A stretch of 37,088 nt of DNA from Patescibacteria group bacterium. GTDB lineage: Bacteria; Patescibacteriota; Minisyncoccia; UBA6257; 2-01-FULL-56-20. The position numbers were made by a program, and so were the translations under genes. Shown one piece after another: positions 16,984-25,512 of this stretch. The stretch's first letter is position 1; each line of letters opens with the position of its first letter. The notes below the pieces were generated by a model, which saw only the letters and a program-made list of their open reading frames with translations, did no database searches and was not told the DNA's origin. Location of the stretch: the NCBI GenBank assembly GCA_024654525.1, contig JANLHI010000013.1, forward strand, positions 84,036 to 121,123, in the 5' to 3' direction.

Positions 16984-18042
16984 TTATGGGGAGAGTATAT
17001 ACCCACTCCCGGTTTCTTGTACCATGTTTTTAATAAGGAGGAAACTCATCGTGCGATTTACGGTTGCCGCATTGAGTCCTGTTTCGGAGATTACCATGTC
17101 GACGGAAAGAGGAGTGGAAGCGTGGTGCAACGCGCGAAGTACCGCATTTTCTTCGGGGGTGTGTATATCGTGGATGAGCGAAGCGCACGATTGAGGAGGA
17201 GTGATATTGAGATCTTCAAAAATATCTTCTGCGTTGCGAATAAGGCGTGCTCCCGCGCGAAGCAGGTGGTGAGAGCCGCGAAAGTTCGGGTGTGTCACAG
17301 GACCGGGAACTACAAATATTTCACGGTTTTGATCCAGCGCGAAGCGCGCGGTTGCAAGAGCACCGGATCCTTCCGGAGCTTCCACAATCACAGTACCAAG
17401 CGTGAGTCCGCTGATAATCCTGTTTCGTTCAAGGAATCGATGGGGCGCAGGCGCGCTTCCCGGAGGATACTCGGACACAAGAGCGCCTCCTTGCGCAATG
17501 ATGCGCGCGGCAAGTCCGGCGTTGCTTCTCGGGTGTGGGTTTTCAACTCCCCCCGCGAGTACCGCGATTGTATGTCCTTTGTTTGAGAGGCATCCGGTAT
17601 GTGCGGCAACATCGATACCGAACGCAAGCCCGCTTGTGATAACGCATGTAGGAGAAAGGTCGCGCGCGAGAGACTCTGCATATGCGCGTCCTTCGCGAGT
17701 CGCCTTACGGGTTCCCACTACGGCGATTCCATAATGCTCATGTCGAGGGAGAGTACCTTTGACGTAGATTCCGAATGGTGCGTAGGGTATTTCGCGAAGG
17801 AGAGGCGGAAATGATTCATCTTCTCTCATGATGAGAGAAATATTTTGAGACGAGAGCGATGATTCCGCGGAATCGGGCGATATTTTTCCGAAAAGTTTTG
17901 AATGAGACAAAGAGTTCCACGAGGCACTCCACGATGTGTGCTGTGTATGGAGTTTTTCAATTTTTCGATAGTCGCCATCAAGAACGGTTGCGACTGCATG
18001 AAAGAAGCGCCATTCGTTATTATCTGTGGGAGATGAGCTCAT
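16984..18042 (-). CDS. dprA: DNA-processing protein DprA
   Basis: AVVGTRKAT, SGLAFGID, FLERNRIISG, GSGALATA and REIFVVPG motifs; C-terminal winged helix; start chosen at ATG 18042 (ORF extends to 18075). Confidence 0.94.
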   Translation of the reverse strand: MSSSPTDNNEWRFFHAVATVLDGDYRKIEKLHTQHTSWSASWNSLSHSKLFGKISPDSAESSLSSQNISLIMREDESFPPLLREIPYAPFGIYVKGTLPRHEHYGIAVVGTRKATREGRAYAESLARDLSPTCVITSGLAFGIDVAAHTGCLSNKGHTIAVLAGGVENPHPRSNAGLAARIIAQGGALVSEYPPGSAPAPHRFLERNRIISGLTLGTVIVEAPEGSGALATARFALDQNREIFVVPGPVTHPNFRGSHHLLRAGARLIRNAEDIFEDLNITPPQSCASLIHDIHTPEENAVLRALHHASTPLSVDMVISETGLNAATVNRTMSFLLIKNMVQETGSGYILSP

Positions 18043-18114
18043 AATAATGCGAGTATATACTTGATTGTATCGCATATTAGAGAACAGTGAATACGTATTT
18101 GCTAGAATGAAAGA

Positions 18115-18651
18115 GTGGTATTGAATTTTAAACGTACATTGCTTATCAATATTAGTGTTGCAGTTGCCGGCATCGGTGTTCTTGCGGGTGTAATAGGATG
18201 GTTTGCATCCGATATTGAAATGCAGGCAACTATAATAAATAAGGACAGAACACTGGCGCGTGAACGTTCAGCATCAATAGCGGTACTCGCAGAGTTGAAA
18301 AGCAATGCTGCAAAAGCACTGCGGTATGAGCAAAAACTAAATGCATTTCTTCCTACACAGGAACAGCTTCTCGATTTCCCGCGTACACTTGATAACCTTG
18401 CGCGTGTGCGCAGGCTCGCACTCAGTTTTTCTTTCCGGGGAGGGCAGGGTGTGCCGGAAGGGGTAAAGCCGGGTTCGGTAGGATTTACTTTGAGCGCCAC
18501 CGGTGCGCTTAGCGATGTGCTGAATTTTATGAAGGATATTGAAATATCCCCGACACGGTTCCTTGCGACACTTAGCTCAGCAGACCTTACGCGGATCGGT
18601 GAGGGTGAGTATCGGCTTTCGGCGCAGGGAGCAGTCTTCTTTGGAAAATAA
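18115..18651 (+). CDS. PilO-like type IV pilus alignment protein
   Basis: Single N-terminal TM, coiled coil, LP..EQLLDF..L..LA and a ferredoxin-like end G...DVLNF..DIE. Confidence 0.65.
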   Translation: MVLNFKRTLLINISVAVAGIGVLAGVIGWFASDIEMQATIINKDRTLARERSASIAVLAELKSNAAKALRYEQKLNAFLPTQEQLLDFPRTLDNLARVRRLALSFSFRGGQGVPEGVKPGSVGFTLSATGALSDVLNFMKDIEISPTRFLATLSSADLTRIGEGEYRLSAQGAVFFGK

Positions 18652-18677
18652 TCCAGCATGCATACCACACATAAATC

Positions 18678-18893
18678 ATGACTATCCGCAATTTTATACG
18701 AGATCATCGGGAGTTGATGCTCATATTGAGCGCACTCTCTTTTTTAGTGTTATTGATACTCTATGTAATATGGGGAATTTCGTTTCTTACCACACATCTC
18801 ACTCAGGCTATTACCGTAAAGAAAGGGGAAGAAATTAGCGCATCGTTTCGCTTCGAAGAAGCTAAAAAGTTGCATATTCCCGGTGTTGAATAG
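18678..18893 (+). CDS. Small single-TM membrane protein, possibly pilus-associated
   Basis: 71 aa with one hydrophobic helix, directly after the pilO-like gene. Confidence 0.6.
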   Translation: MTIRNFIRDHRELMLILSALSFLVLLILYVIWGISFLTTHLTQAITVKKGEEISASFRFEEAKKLHIPGVE

Positions 18894-18938
18894 TAGTATG
18901 CATGTGTGGTGTTTTTTTAATGGCATCCTTCGTGTATC

Positions 18939-19010
18939 GCGCCCTTAGCTCAGTGGCAGAGCGTTCCCTTGACATGGGAAAGGTCGTAAGTTCGATCCTT
19001 ACAGGGCGCA
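18939..19010 (+). tRNA. tRNA-Val(GAC)
   Basis: GCGCCCT/AGGGCGC acceptor stem, TTCCC-TTGACAT-GGGAA anticodon arm, GTTCGATCC; CCA not encoded. Confidence 0.95.
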
Positions 19011-19111
19011 CGGCGTTGTTGTTTCCGTGATGTATTATTTTTTAGAGAGATGCGGGTATTATTAGAATAAGCGTTGATTTTTCTTCGAAAAATCGTATGA
19101 TGATGTGCAAC

Positions 19112-19186
19112 GCGCGTGTAGTTCAGTGGTAGAACGCTGTCCTGATAAGACAGAGGTCGAAGGTTCGATTCCTTCCACGCGCACCA
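19112..19186 (+). tRNA. tRNA-Ile(GAT)
   Basis: GCGCGTG/CACGCGC acceptor stem, CTGTC-CTGATAA-GACAG anticodon arm, GTTCGATTC and encoded CCA. Confidence 0.95.
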
Positions 19187-19190
19187 GAAC

Positions 19191-19907
19191 ATGTCTCCGG
19201 AAGTTATTTATGAAGATAAAGATGTTGTCGTGCTGAATAAACCAGCGGGTTTTTTAGTGCATCCGATAAAGAATCTAAAAATAAAGAACACGAAATTAAA
19301 AGTAGAAAATGAACCGACGCTTACCGATTGGCTTCTCGCGCGCTATCCGGAGATTTCAAAAGTTGGAGATAATCCCGAGATACGTCCGGGTATTGTACAT
19401 CGTCTTGATCGTGCGACATCCGGCGCGATGATTGTGGCGCGCACACAGGAAAGCTTCCTCTATTTAAAGTCGCTTTTTTTGGGAAGAAAAGTTTGCAAAA
19501 AATATCTTGCGTGGGTGTATGGAGTGGTGAAAGAAAAGAAGGGGATTATTGACAGTCCGATAGGTATTGTAAATGGTACGGTGAAACGCAGTACGCGATC
19601 TTCGAGGGCGGCGCGGGATGCGATTACGCGTTACGATGTGATAAAGAGCATTACTCGCGACAAAGAGACTTTTTCGCTTCTCAGGGTAATGCCTGAAACC
19701 GGACGCACACATCAAATACGCGTACATTGTGCGAGTATGGGACATCCGGTGGTGGGGGATATTCTCTATGGGAAAAAGCGAAAATATTCAGGTATGGTAA
19801 GAATGATGCTTCATGCGTTTTCTTTGGAGCTTCCTCTTCTTTCGGGGAGTGTGGTTCGTTTTGAAGCGGATACACCTCGTGAATTCGATGATTTTGGAAA
19901 AAGATGA
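19191..19907 (+). CDS. RluA/RluD family pseudouridine synthase (no S4 domain)
   Basis: NKPAG, HRLDRATSG, TGRTHQIRVH, GHPVVGD..YG and LHA motifs. Confidence 0.93.
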   Translation: MSPEVIYEDKDVVVLNKPAGFLVHPIKNLKIKNTKLKVENEPTLTDWLLARYPEISKVGDNPEIRPGIVHRLDRATSGAMIVARTQESFLYLKSLFLGRKVCKKYLAWVYGVVKEKKGIIDSPIGIVNGTVKRSTRSSRAARDAITRYDVIKSITRDKETFSLLRVMPETGRTHQIRVHCASMGHPVVGDILYGKKRKYSGMVRMMLHAFSLELPLLSGSVVRFEADTPREFDDFGKR

Positions 19908-20041
19908 CTTTTCGTTGTATTATAGAAATAACCCTTGCAGAATCAGCTAAAAGTTTCCTGGTAAAGAGGGGTTATCCACAGTATGATTTATTTCGATTTG
20001 TTAGAGTAATATCTATACAGAGGTAGACTAAATTTCTTGCA

Positions 20042-20638
20042 ATGAAACAACATAAAATATCCGAAGAAAAGAAAGGGTTTACGCTTATTGAGCTTCTTGT
20101 GGTTATTGCGATTGTCGCGATTCTTGCGGTGGTGTTGGTGCTTACTTTAAACCCCGCTCAGCTTTTGAGACAGGCGCGGGACTCAACCAGAATTTCGGAT
20201 TTCGCAACGCTAAAGAGCGCGTTAAGTTTATATCTCGCAGATGTCGCGAGCCCTAGTCTTTCCGGGGGGAGTAGTACGTGCTATGCGCACGCTTCCTCGT
20301 CCGTACCTGCATCTTCCGGGTGTAGTGGCCGTTACACAACCGCAACAAACGTATCTACATCGGCGTTGCGTAATGTTACGGGAACCGGATGGATTCCGGT
20401 GAATTTCAATGCTATCAGCTCCGGCGCTCCTATCAGTGTTGAGCCGATTGATCCCATTAATAATGCAACAAATTTTTACTCTTATGCGGCTGATACCACC
20501 AATCAAACTTTTGAGCTTAATGCAAAAATGGAAAGTACTCGTTATGCCTCAGGTGGTTCGGGTGATGTGGAGTCTACTGACGGAGGATCGAGTTCTACTG
20601 TCTACGAAGTGGGAACGGCACCGGGTTTGAGTTTGTAG
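20042..20638 (+). CDS. Type IV major pilin candidate
   Basis: Class III signal KKG|FTLIELLVVIAIVAIL, ARDSTRISD helix, one Cys pair; has its own upstream intergenic region. Confidence 0.9.
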   Translation: MKQHKISEEKKGFTLIELLVVIAIVAILAVVLVLTLNPAQLLRQARDSTRISDFATLKSALSLYLADVASPSLSGGSSTCYAHASSSVPASSGCSGRYTTATNVSTSALRNVTGTGWIPVNFNAISSGAPISVEPIDPINNATNFYSYAADTTNQTFELNAKMESTRYASGGSGDVESTDGGSSSTVYEVGTAPGLSL

Positions 20639-20645
20639 ACGAGCA

Positions 20646-21218
20646 ATGCATGTATTAGAAGCGATGAGCGTGGCGCTCCTCGGATTTTTGTTTTTGGTAC
20701 AAGTATGGAATCGCAAGCGTTTTCCTTCCTCGGTTATCGCCGTGTGGGGAATTGGAATCGTGGTGATATCCGGTTTTTTGATCCGAAGCTCATACTTTAT
20801 ATATGCATCATGGAAGAGCGACGGTCTTGGACACTTTTTTCTTCCTCCGCACAATTCAATTTATTACTTTATAAGGTATGTAATCGAGAGAATGTGGGCG
20901 CCGTGGGTTATTGCGTGTGGCGTGGGAGTGATTGTAATTTGGGTTGCGGTACGTATGAATAGAGCGCATGGAGAACGTTTTTTCAGAGAAGGAGAAGCGT
21001 CTCTTGCCGGCTTTTGTTTTTTCTCGGTGGGATATCCTGCATTTTTATTCTATCTCCTCGCCATATTACTTGTGGGCGCAATTGTTACCGCGGTGAACCA
21101 TGTTCGTGGAGGGGGAAGATCATCTCTGTATTATTGGTGGGTTCCTATTGCGGTCTCTGTTATAATTTTAAAGGTATATGTTATTCCAGAGACGATGCTA
21201 AATTTTTTTGCATTATAA
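20646..21218 (+). CDS. Polytopic membrane protein in the pilus locus, possibly a divergent prepilin peptidase
   Basis: About 6 TM helices; D-x5-FLPP and EGE..LAG...VG segments echo A24 peptidase motifs; lies between pilin and pilB. Confidence 0.55.
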   Translation: MHVLEAMSVALLGFLFLVQVWNRKRFPSSVIAVWGIGIVVISGFLIRSSYFIYASWKSDGLGHFFLPPHNSIYYFIRYVIERMWAPWVIACGVGVIVIWVAVRMNRAHGERFFREGEASLAGFCFFSVGYPAFLFYLLAILLVGAIVTAVNHVRGGGRSSLYYWWVPIAVSVIILKVYVIPETMLNFFAL

Positions 21219-21313
21219 AAAAACTTCCTTTTCATAACAGATTTTTACCGCAATCAAGTTCATACTACATTTCCAAGCAAAAATAATTCTCAATTATTTT
21301 CACACGCAATACA

Positions 21314-23026
21314 ATGAAACTTCCCATTCCTTCGCCACAATTAAAACGACGCCTTATAAGCGAGGGTTTGATTACTGGCGAGCGGTTTGATTTATTGTAT
21401 GCCGAAGCGGATAGAAAAAATCAAAGTGTGATTGATGTTTTGGTTTCGGAAGGAGTTGTGGAAGCTGAATATCTGGGAGATTTAATGGCAAAAATGTTGG
21501 GAGTGGCTCGTGTTAATTTACATCTGAATCCGATTGATAAGAATATGGTGCAACTGCTTTCCGAGGATATCGCGCGTCAACGACAAGTGATTGTGTTTGG
21601 CAAAGAAAGTAATGGTACGTATGACGTTGCGATGGCGGATCCCTCCGACCTTGAAACCATCGAATTTCTTACGCAACATCTTAAAACAAAAGTGAGGCCG
21701 TTCCTTGCAATGTCGGAAGATTTGAATCGCGGTTTTGCTATCTATGGCTTTGAAGTCGGGAAGGATTTTAAAAAACTTATCGAAGAGAATATTCATGCTT
21801 CTCTACAAAAGACGGCTAAAAATGCCGAGGAGGCGGCTGCGGAGTTGCCAATAGTCGCGATAGTGGATAATTTACTTTCGTTTGGAGAAGCATCTCGTGC
21901 ATCGGATATTCATATTGAAGTGTTGGAGGATAGGACTTTGATTCGTTACCGGATAGACGGAATTCTTCATGAGGCGATGGAAATTCCTAAACTTATACAT
22001 CCCGCGCTTCTTGCGCGTATTAAACTTCTTTCCGGACTCAAAATAGACGAACATTATAGACCTCAAGACGGACGATTCAGACATCGGATTGTAAATCAAA
22101 CCGTAGATGTGCGTGTTTCGGTGATGCCTACGTTTTATGGAGAGAAAATCGAAATGCGTTTGTTAGAAGCTGCCCAAAAACCGCTTTCACTTGAGGAACT
22201 TGGATTTTTACCGCCTGTCGCCGCAGTGATTAGAACAAATCTCAAGAAGGCGTACGGCATGGTGCTTTCATGTGGACCTACTGGATCAGGAAAAACCACG
22301 TCGCTTTACGCGCTCATCAATATGCTCAATAAACCGACTGTAAATATTGTGACGATCGAAGATCCGATCGAGTACAACATGCGTTATATTAATCAAACGC
22401 AAATTAATGCTCAGGCGGGAGTCACGTTTGCAAGCGGACTTCGCGCCATTCTAAGGCAAGATCCGAATATTATCATGGTGGGGGAAATTCGAGACGGTGA
22501 GACGGCGAATATTGCGGTACAGTCCGCACTTACTGGACATCTCTTATTATCGTCGCTTCATACGAATGATGCGCCCACGGCGATTCCGAGACTTTTCGAT
22601 CTTGGTATCCCTCCATTTCTTGTCGCATCGGTACTTAATGTGGTGATTGCGCAACGACTTGTGAGGAAAATTTGTTCTACATGTATTTTTTCCGAGGATC
22701 TTAAGTCTGATTATGCGCAAGTGATCCAAACTCAATTTGCCGAATTGGGTATTTCGAAAGAGGCGCATCTTCCAAAAACCATCTATCGCGGGAAGGGGTG
22801 TGGCGCGTGTGGGGGGAGCGGGTATAAGGGAAGACTTGGTATCTTCGAAGTGCTTGAAGTTACCGACGAAGTGAAAGCGTTGATTAACAATGCCCACTTT
22901 GACTTGGAAGGGCTTTATGCGATAACGCGCAAGGCGGGGATGAAAAGTATGTTCGAAGATGGGCTTGAAAAAACCGAACTCGCGCTTACTACCATCGAAG
23001 AAGTATTAAGAGTTATCAGAGAGTAA
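21314..23026 (+). CDS. pilB: Type IV pilus assembly ATPase PilB/GspE
   Basis: ASDIHIE, PQDGR, GPTGSGKTT, TIEDPIEY, LRQDPNIIMVGEIRD, TGHL..SSLHTND and CxxC..CxxC. Confidence 0.94.
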   Translation: MKLPIPSPQLKRRLISEGLITGERFDLLYAEADRKNQSVIDVLVSEGVVEAEYLGDLMAKMLGVARVNLHLNPIDKNMVQLLSEDIARQRQVIVFGKESNGTYDVAMADPSDLETIEFLTQHLKTKVRPFLAMSEDLNRGFAIYGFEVGKDFKKLIEENIHASLQKTAKNAEEAAAELPIVAIVDNLLSFGEASRASDIHIEVLEDRTLIRYRIDGILHEAMEIPKLIHPALLARIKLLSGLKIDEHYRPQDGRFRHRIVNQTVDVRVSVMPTFYGEKIEMRLLEAAQKPLSLEELGFLPPVAAVIRTNLKKAYGMVLSCGPTGSGKTTSLYALINMLNKPTVNIVTIEDPIEYNMRYINQTQINAQAGVTFASGLRAILRQDPNIIMVGEIRDGETANIAVQSALTGHLLLSSLHTNDAPTAIPRLFDLGIPPFLVASVLNVVIAQRLVRKICSTCIFSEDLKSDYAQVIQTQFAELGISKEAHLPKTIYRGKGCGACGGSGYKGRLGIFEVLEVTDEVKALINNAHFDLEGLYAITRKAGMKSMFEDGLEKTELALTTIEEVLRVIRE

Positions 23027-23076
23027 TATACAAATAATATTGAACGACAGAGAAACACGCATTTTCCATTTTTTTT

Positions 23077-24282
23077 ATGTTATATCATTACGTTGCATCA
23101 AATAAAGAAGGAAAAGTTGTCGAAGAGGATACTGATGCTGAAAATCTAGAGCAGGCGTTACAATTCCTTTCTTCCAAAGAATTGCGCCCGGTAACGGTTA
23201 CTCTTTCAAAAGGGAATAAAGGAGGGGTGTATCGTTTTTTTGGGGGTATTACCGTAACAGACAAGGTGTTTCTTACGAAATATCTTGCGTTAATGTTGCG
23301 CGTGGGGACAGATCTTCTTTCGGCAATCAATATTCTCATCGGCGATTTTGAGAATCCCGCAATGAGGAATTTCCTTTTGGAAGTGCGAGAGAATCTTACT
23401 AAAGGACTTCCGTTTCATCTTGCATTCGCAAAATACCCCTCGGTGTTTCCTGCGACATTCGTGAATTTGATCAAAGCCGCCGAAGCGTCGGGAAGTTTGC
23501 AACAAACATTTGAGGATCTTTCGATTGCAACAAGTCGGGATGCGGAAATGCGCACTCGGATTCGTTCCGCGCTTATCTATCCCATTATTCTTCTTGTTGC
23601 GGCGTTTACCGTACTTGTGTTTCTCGTTACATTTGCCCTTCCGAAAATAGCGCATGTTTTCTCGGACAGTGGTATCAATCCCCCGGTATTTTCACGTATT
23701 GTGTTCGGTGTAGGTCTTTTTATAGGCGATCATATTGTAGTCATTTCCATACTTTTTCTAGGAGGTCTTGCTGGCGGTTTTTATTTTTTCAGTCGTACCA
23801 TGGTGGGAAAGCATATTCTTGATCGCACCGCGAGTCGTGTTCCCGTAATAAGAACCGTGTATCGTGAAATTGCCGTGCAGCGTTTCGTATCAACGATGGC
23901 GCTATTGCTTAAGGCGGGGTTGCCGATTATTCAAACGTTGGAAGTTACCGCGGACGCGGTGGGAGCGGAGGAATTTCGTTATGCCATTCAGCGTGTTGCT
24001 CATGATGGGCTTGCCAAGGGACTTACTATGGGAGAGGCGTTCCATCGCGAAGTAGTGTTTCCGAAGGTTGTGGTAAACCTTATTGCGATATCGGAAAAAG
24101 CAGGGCATCTGGAAGAGGTGTTAGAGGCACTCGGAGAGTTTTATTCGTCAAGTATTGATGCGAGTATTAAATCACTTGTTGCCGTTCTAGAGCCTCTCCT
24201 TATCATGGCTATGGGGGGAATAGTGGTGTTAATCGCTCTTTCCATTGTCGTACCTATTTATCAGCTTACTACGCAATTCTAG
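23077..24282 (+). CDS. pilC: Type IV pilus platform protein PilC/GspF
   Basis: Two GspF domains (AEASGSL, SALIYP, EKAGHLEE, LEP) and 3 TM helices. Confidence 0.93.
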   Translation: MLYHYVASNKEGKVVEEDTDAENLEQALQFLSSKELRPVTVTLSKGNKGGVYRFFGGITVTDKVFLTKYLALMLRVGTDLLSAINILIGDFENPAMRNFLLEVRENLTKGLPFHLAFAKYPSVFPATFVNLIKAAEASGSLQQTFEDLSIATSRDAEMRTRIRSALIYPIILLVAAFTVLVFLVTFALPKIAHVFSDSGINPPVFSRIVFGVGLFIGDHIVVISILFLGGLAGGFYFFSRTMVGKHILDRTASRVPVIRTVYREIAVQRFVSTMALLLKAGLPIIQTLEVTADAVGAEEFRYAIQRVAHDGLAKGLTMGEAFHREVVFPKVVVNLIAISEKAGHLEEVLEALGEFYSSSIDASIKSLVAVLEPLLIMAMGGIVVLIALSIVVPIYQLTTQF

Positions 24283-24318
24283 ATTGTAGTGGCAAGAAGC
24301 GAGTATTACGGATTATCA

Positions 24319-24825
24319 ATGAAAAAATATTATAGATATGGTTTATTTCATCCATTCCTTTTTCGACGAGCAGGGTTTTCCATAATAGAGATAACACTTG
24401 TGATATTTATTGGTGCGATGTTTGCAGGATTGCTTTTCACAGGGTTATGGGGATACAAAAATAGGAATGATTTTGATACTACGACGCAGGAAATCGTGGC
24501 GGTGCTTCGCGAAGCACAAAGTCTTTCCGCGGCACGGGCATCGAGTACTACGTGGGGGATTCATTTTGAAAATAGCACTACTACCGCACCGTTTTTTGCA
24601 ATATTTTCTGCGACATACGGAACTTCCACGCGTACGGGGTATTATAGACTCCCTCCAAGTGTTGTGTATGTTTCGTCGAGTATAGCGCAAGGGGATTCAA
24701 AAGAAATCATCTTCTCTCAAATTACCGGGTTTTTGTCCGCAGCAGACTCTGTGGTGTTACAAAATATTTCCGGAAGCACATCATCTACAATTTCCATAAC
24801 CACGAATGGAGTTGTAACATATTAA
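24319..24825 (+). CDS. Minor pilin (FimT/GspH-like)
   Basis: RRAG|FSIIEITLVIFIG, LREAQSLS, WGIHF and I.FSQITG; start uncertain (24289 GTG or 24319 ATG). Confidence 0.8.
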   Translation: MKKYYRYGLFHPFLFRRAGFSIIEITLVIFIGAMFAGLLFTGLWGYKNRNDFDTTTQEIVAVLREAQSLSAARASSTTWGIHFENSTTTAPFFAIFSATYGTSTRTGYYRLPPSVVYVSSSIAQGDSKEIIFSQITGFLSAADSVVLQNISGSTSSTISITTNGVVTY

Positions 24826-24859
24826 TAAGTAGACGTATTTACCAACGCAAAATATAGCA

Positions 24860-25507
24860 ATGAAAAGAAATTCTATTATCCATTCGCGGGGGGATTGGCG
24901 AAAAGGGCAATCTCTTATTGAGGTGTTGGTAGCGCTCCTTATTGGGACTATTATGATAGGAGCAGGAGCCACTATTATTGCACCGGTATTACGAAGCAAT
25001 TCTCAAACACTTCGGGCGCAGGTGGGAGCATCGCTTGCAAAAGAGCTTTTGGATAATGTAACGGTGTGGGGGCAGGGAGACTGGCATAATATTTTGAACT
25101 TAAGTACCACTTCGGCGAATATATACCACTTCTCAACATCCACTTCTCCATTTTCGGTGGTATTGGGTGAGGAGAGTGTGCAAGTGGAGACCTCTACGTA
25201 TACTCGTTATTTTTATGTGGATAACGTAATGCGCGATGTGGATGGCGCGGTTACCGAGGCGGGAGGGGCAAATGATCCTTCGACAAAGAAAATTACCGTT
25301 GCATATGCATGGCCACAAAGCGCGACGAATACCATTACCACATATCTTACGCGATCCCATACTTCTTTTATATTTCGTCAGTCGGATTGGTCGGGAGGAG
25401 GAGGACAGGATTCTCCCGTAACCAGTACTAACTTCAGCGGGTTTGCAACTTCTTCATCTCAAATTGATTTCACCTCTTCTACGGGATCTTTATTCATCAC
25501 TTTTTAA
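24860..25507 (+). CDS. Minor pilin (PilV-like) with a C-terminal QSDWSGG tail
   Basis: RKG|QSLIEVLVALLIG; DPSTKKITVAYAW...YLTR core end followed by an extra ~45 aa. Confidence 0.8.
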   Translation: MKRNSIIHSRGDWRKGQSLIEVLVALLIGTIMIGAGATIIAPVLRSNSQTLRAQVGASLAKELLDNVTVWGQGDWHNILNLSTTSANIYHFSTSTSPFSVVLGEESVQVETSTYTRYFYVDNVMRDVDGAVTEAGGANDPSTKKITVAYAWPQSATNTITTYLTRSHTSFIFRQSDWSGGGGQDSPVTSTNFSGFATSSSQIDFTSSTGSLFITF

Positions 25508-25512
25508 ATAGC

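Noticed and set aside
16957-17586. 209-aa + strand ORF, and similar long shadow ORFs (4751-5266, 18102-18707, 27260-27769, 34170-34622)
   Set aside because: They lie antisense to well-supported genes and have no family motifs.
18950-19192. 80-aa ORF on the - strand
   Set aside because: Antisense to tRNA-Val and tRNA-Ile.
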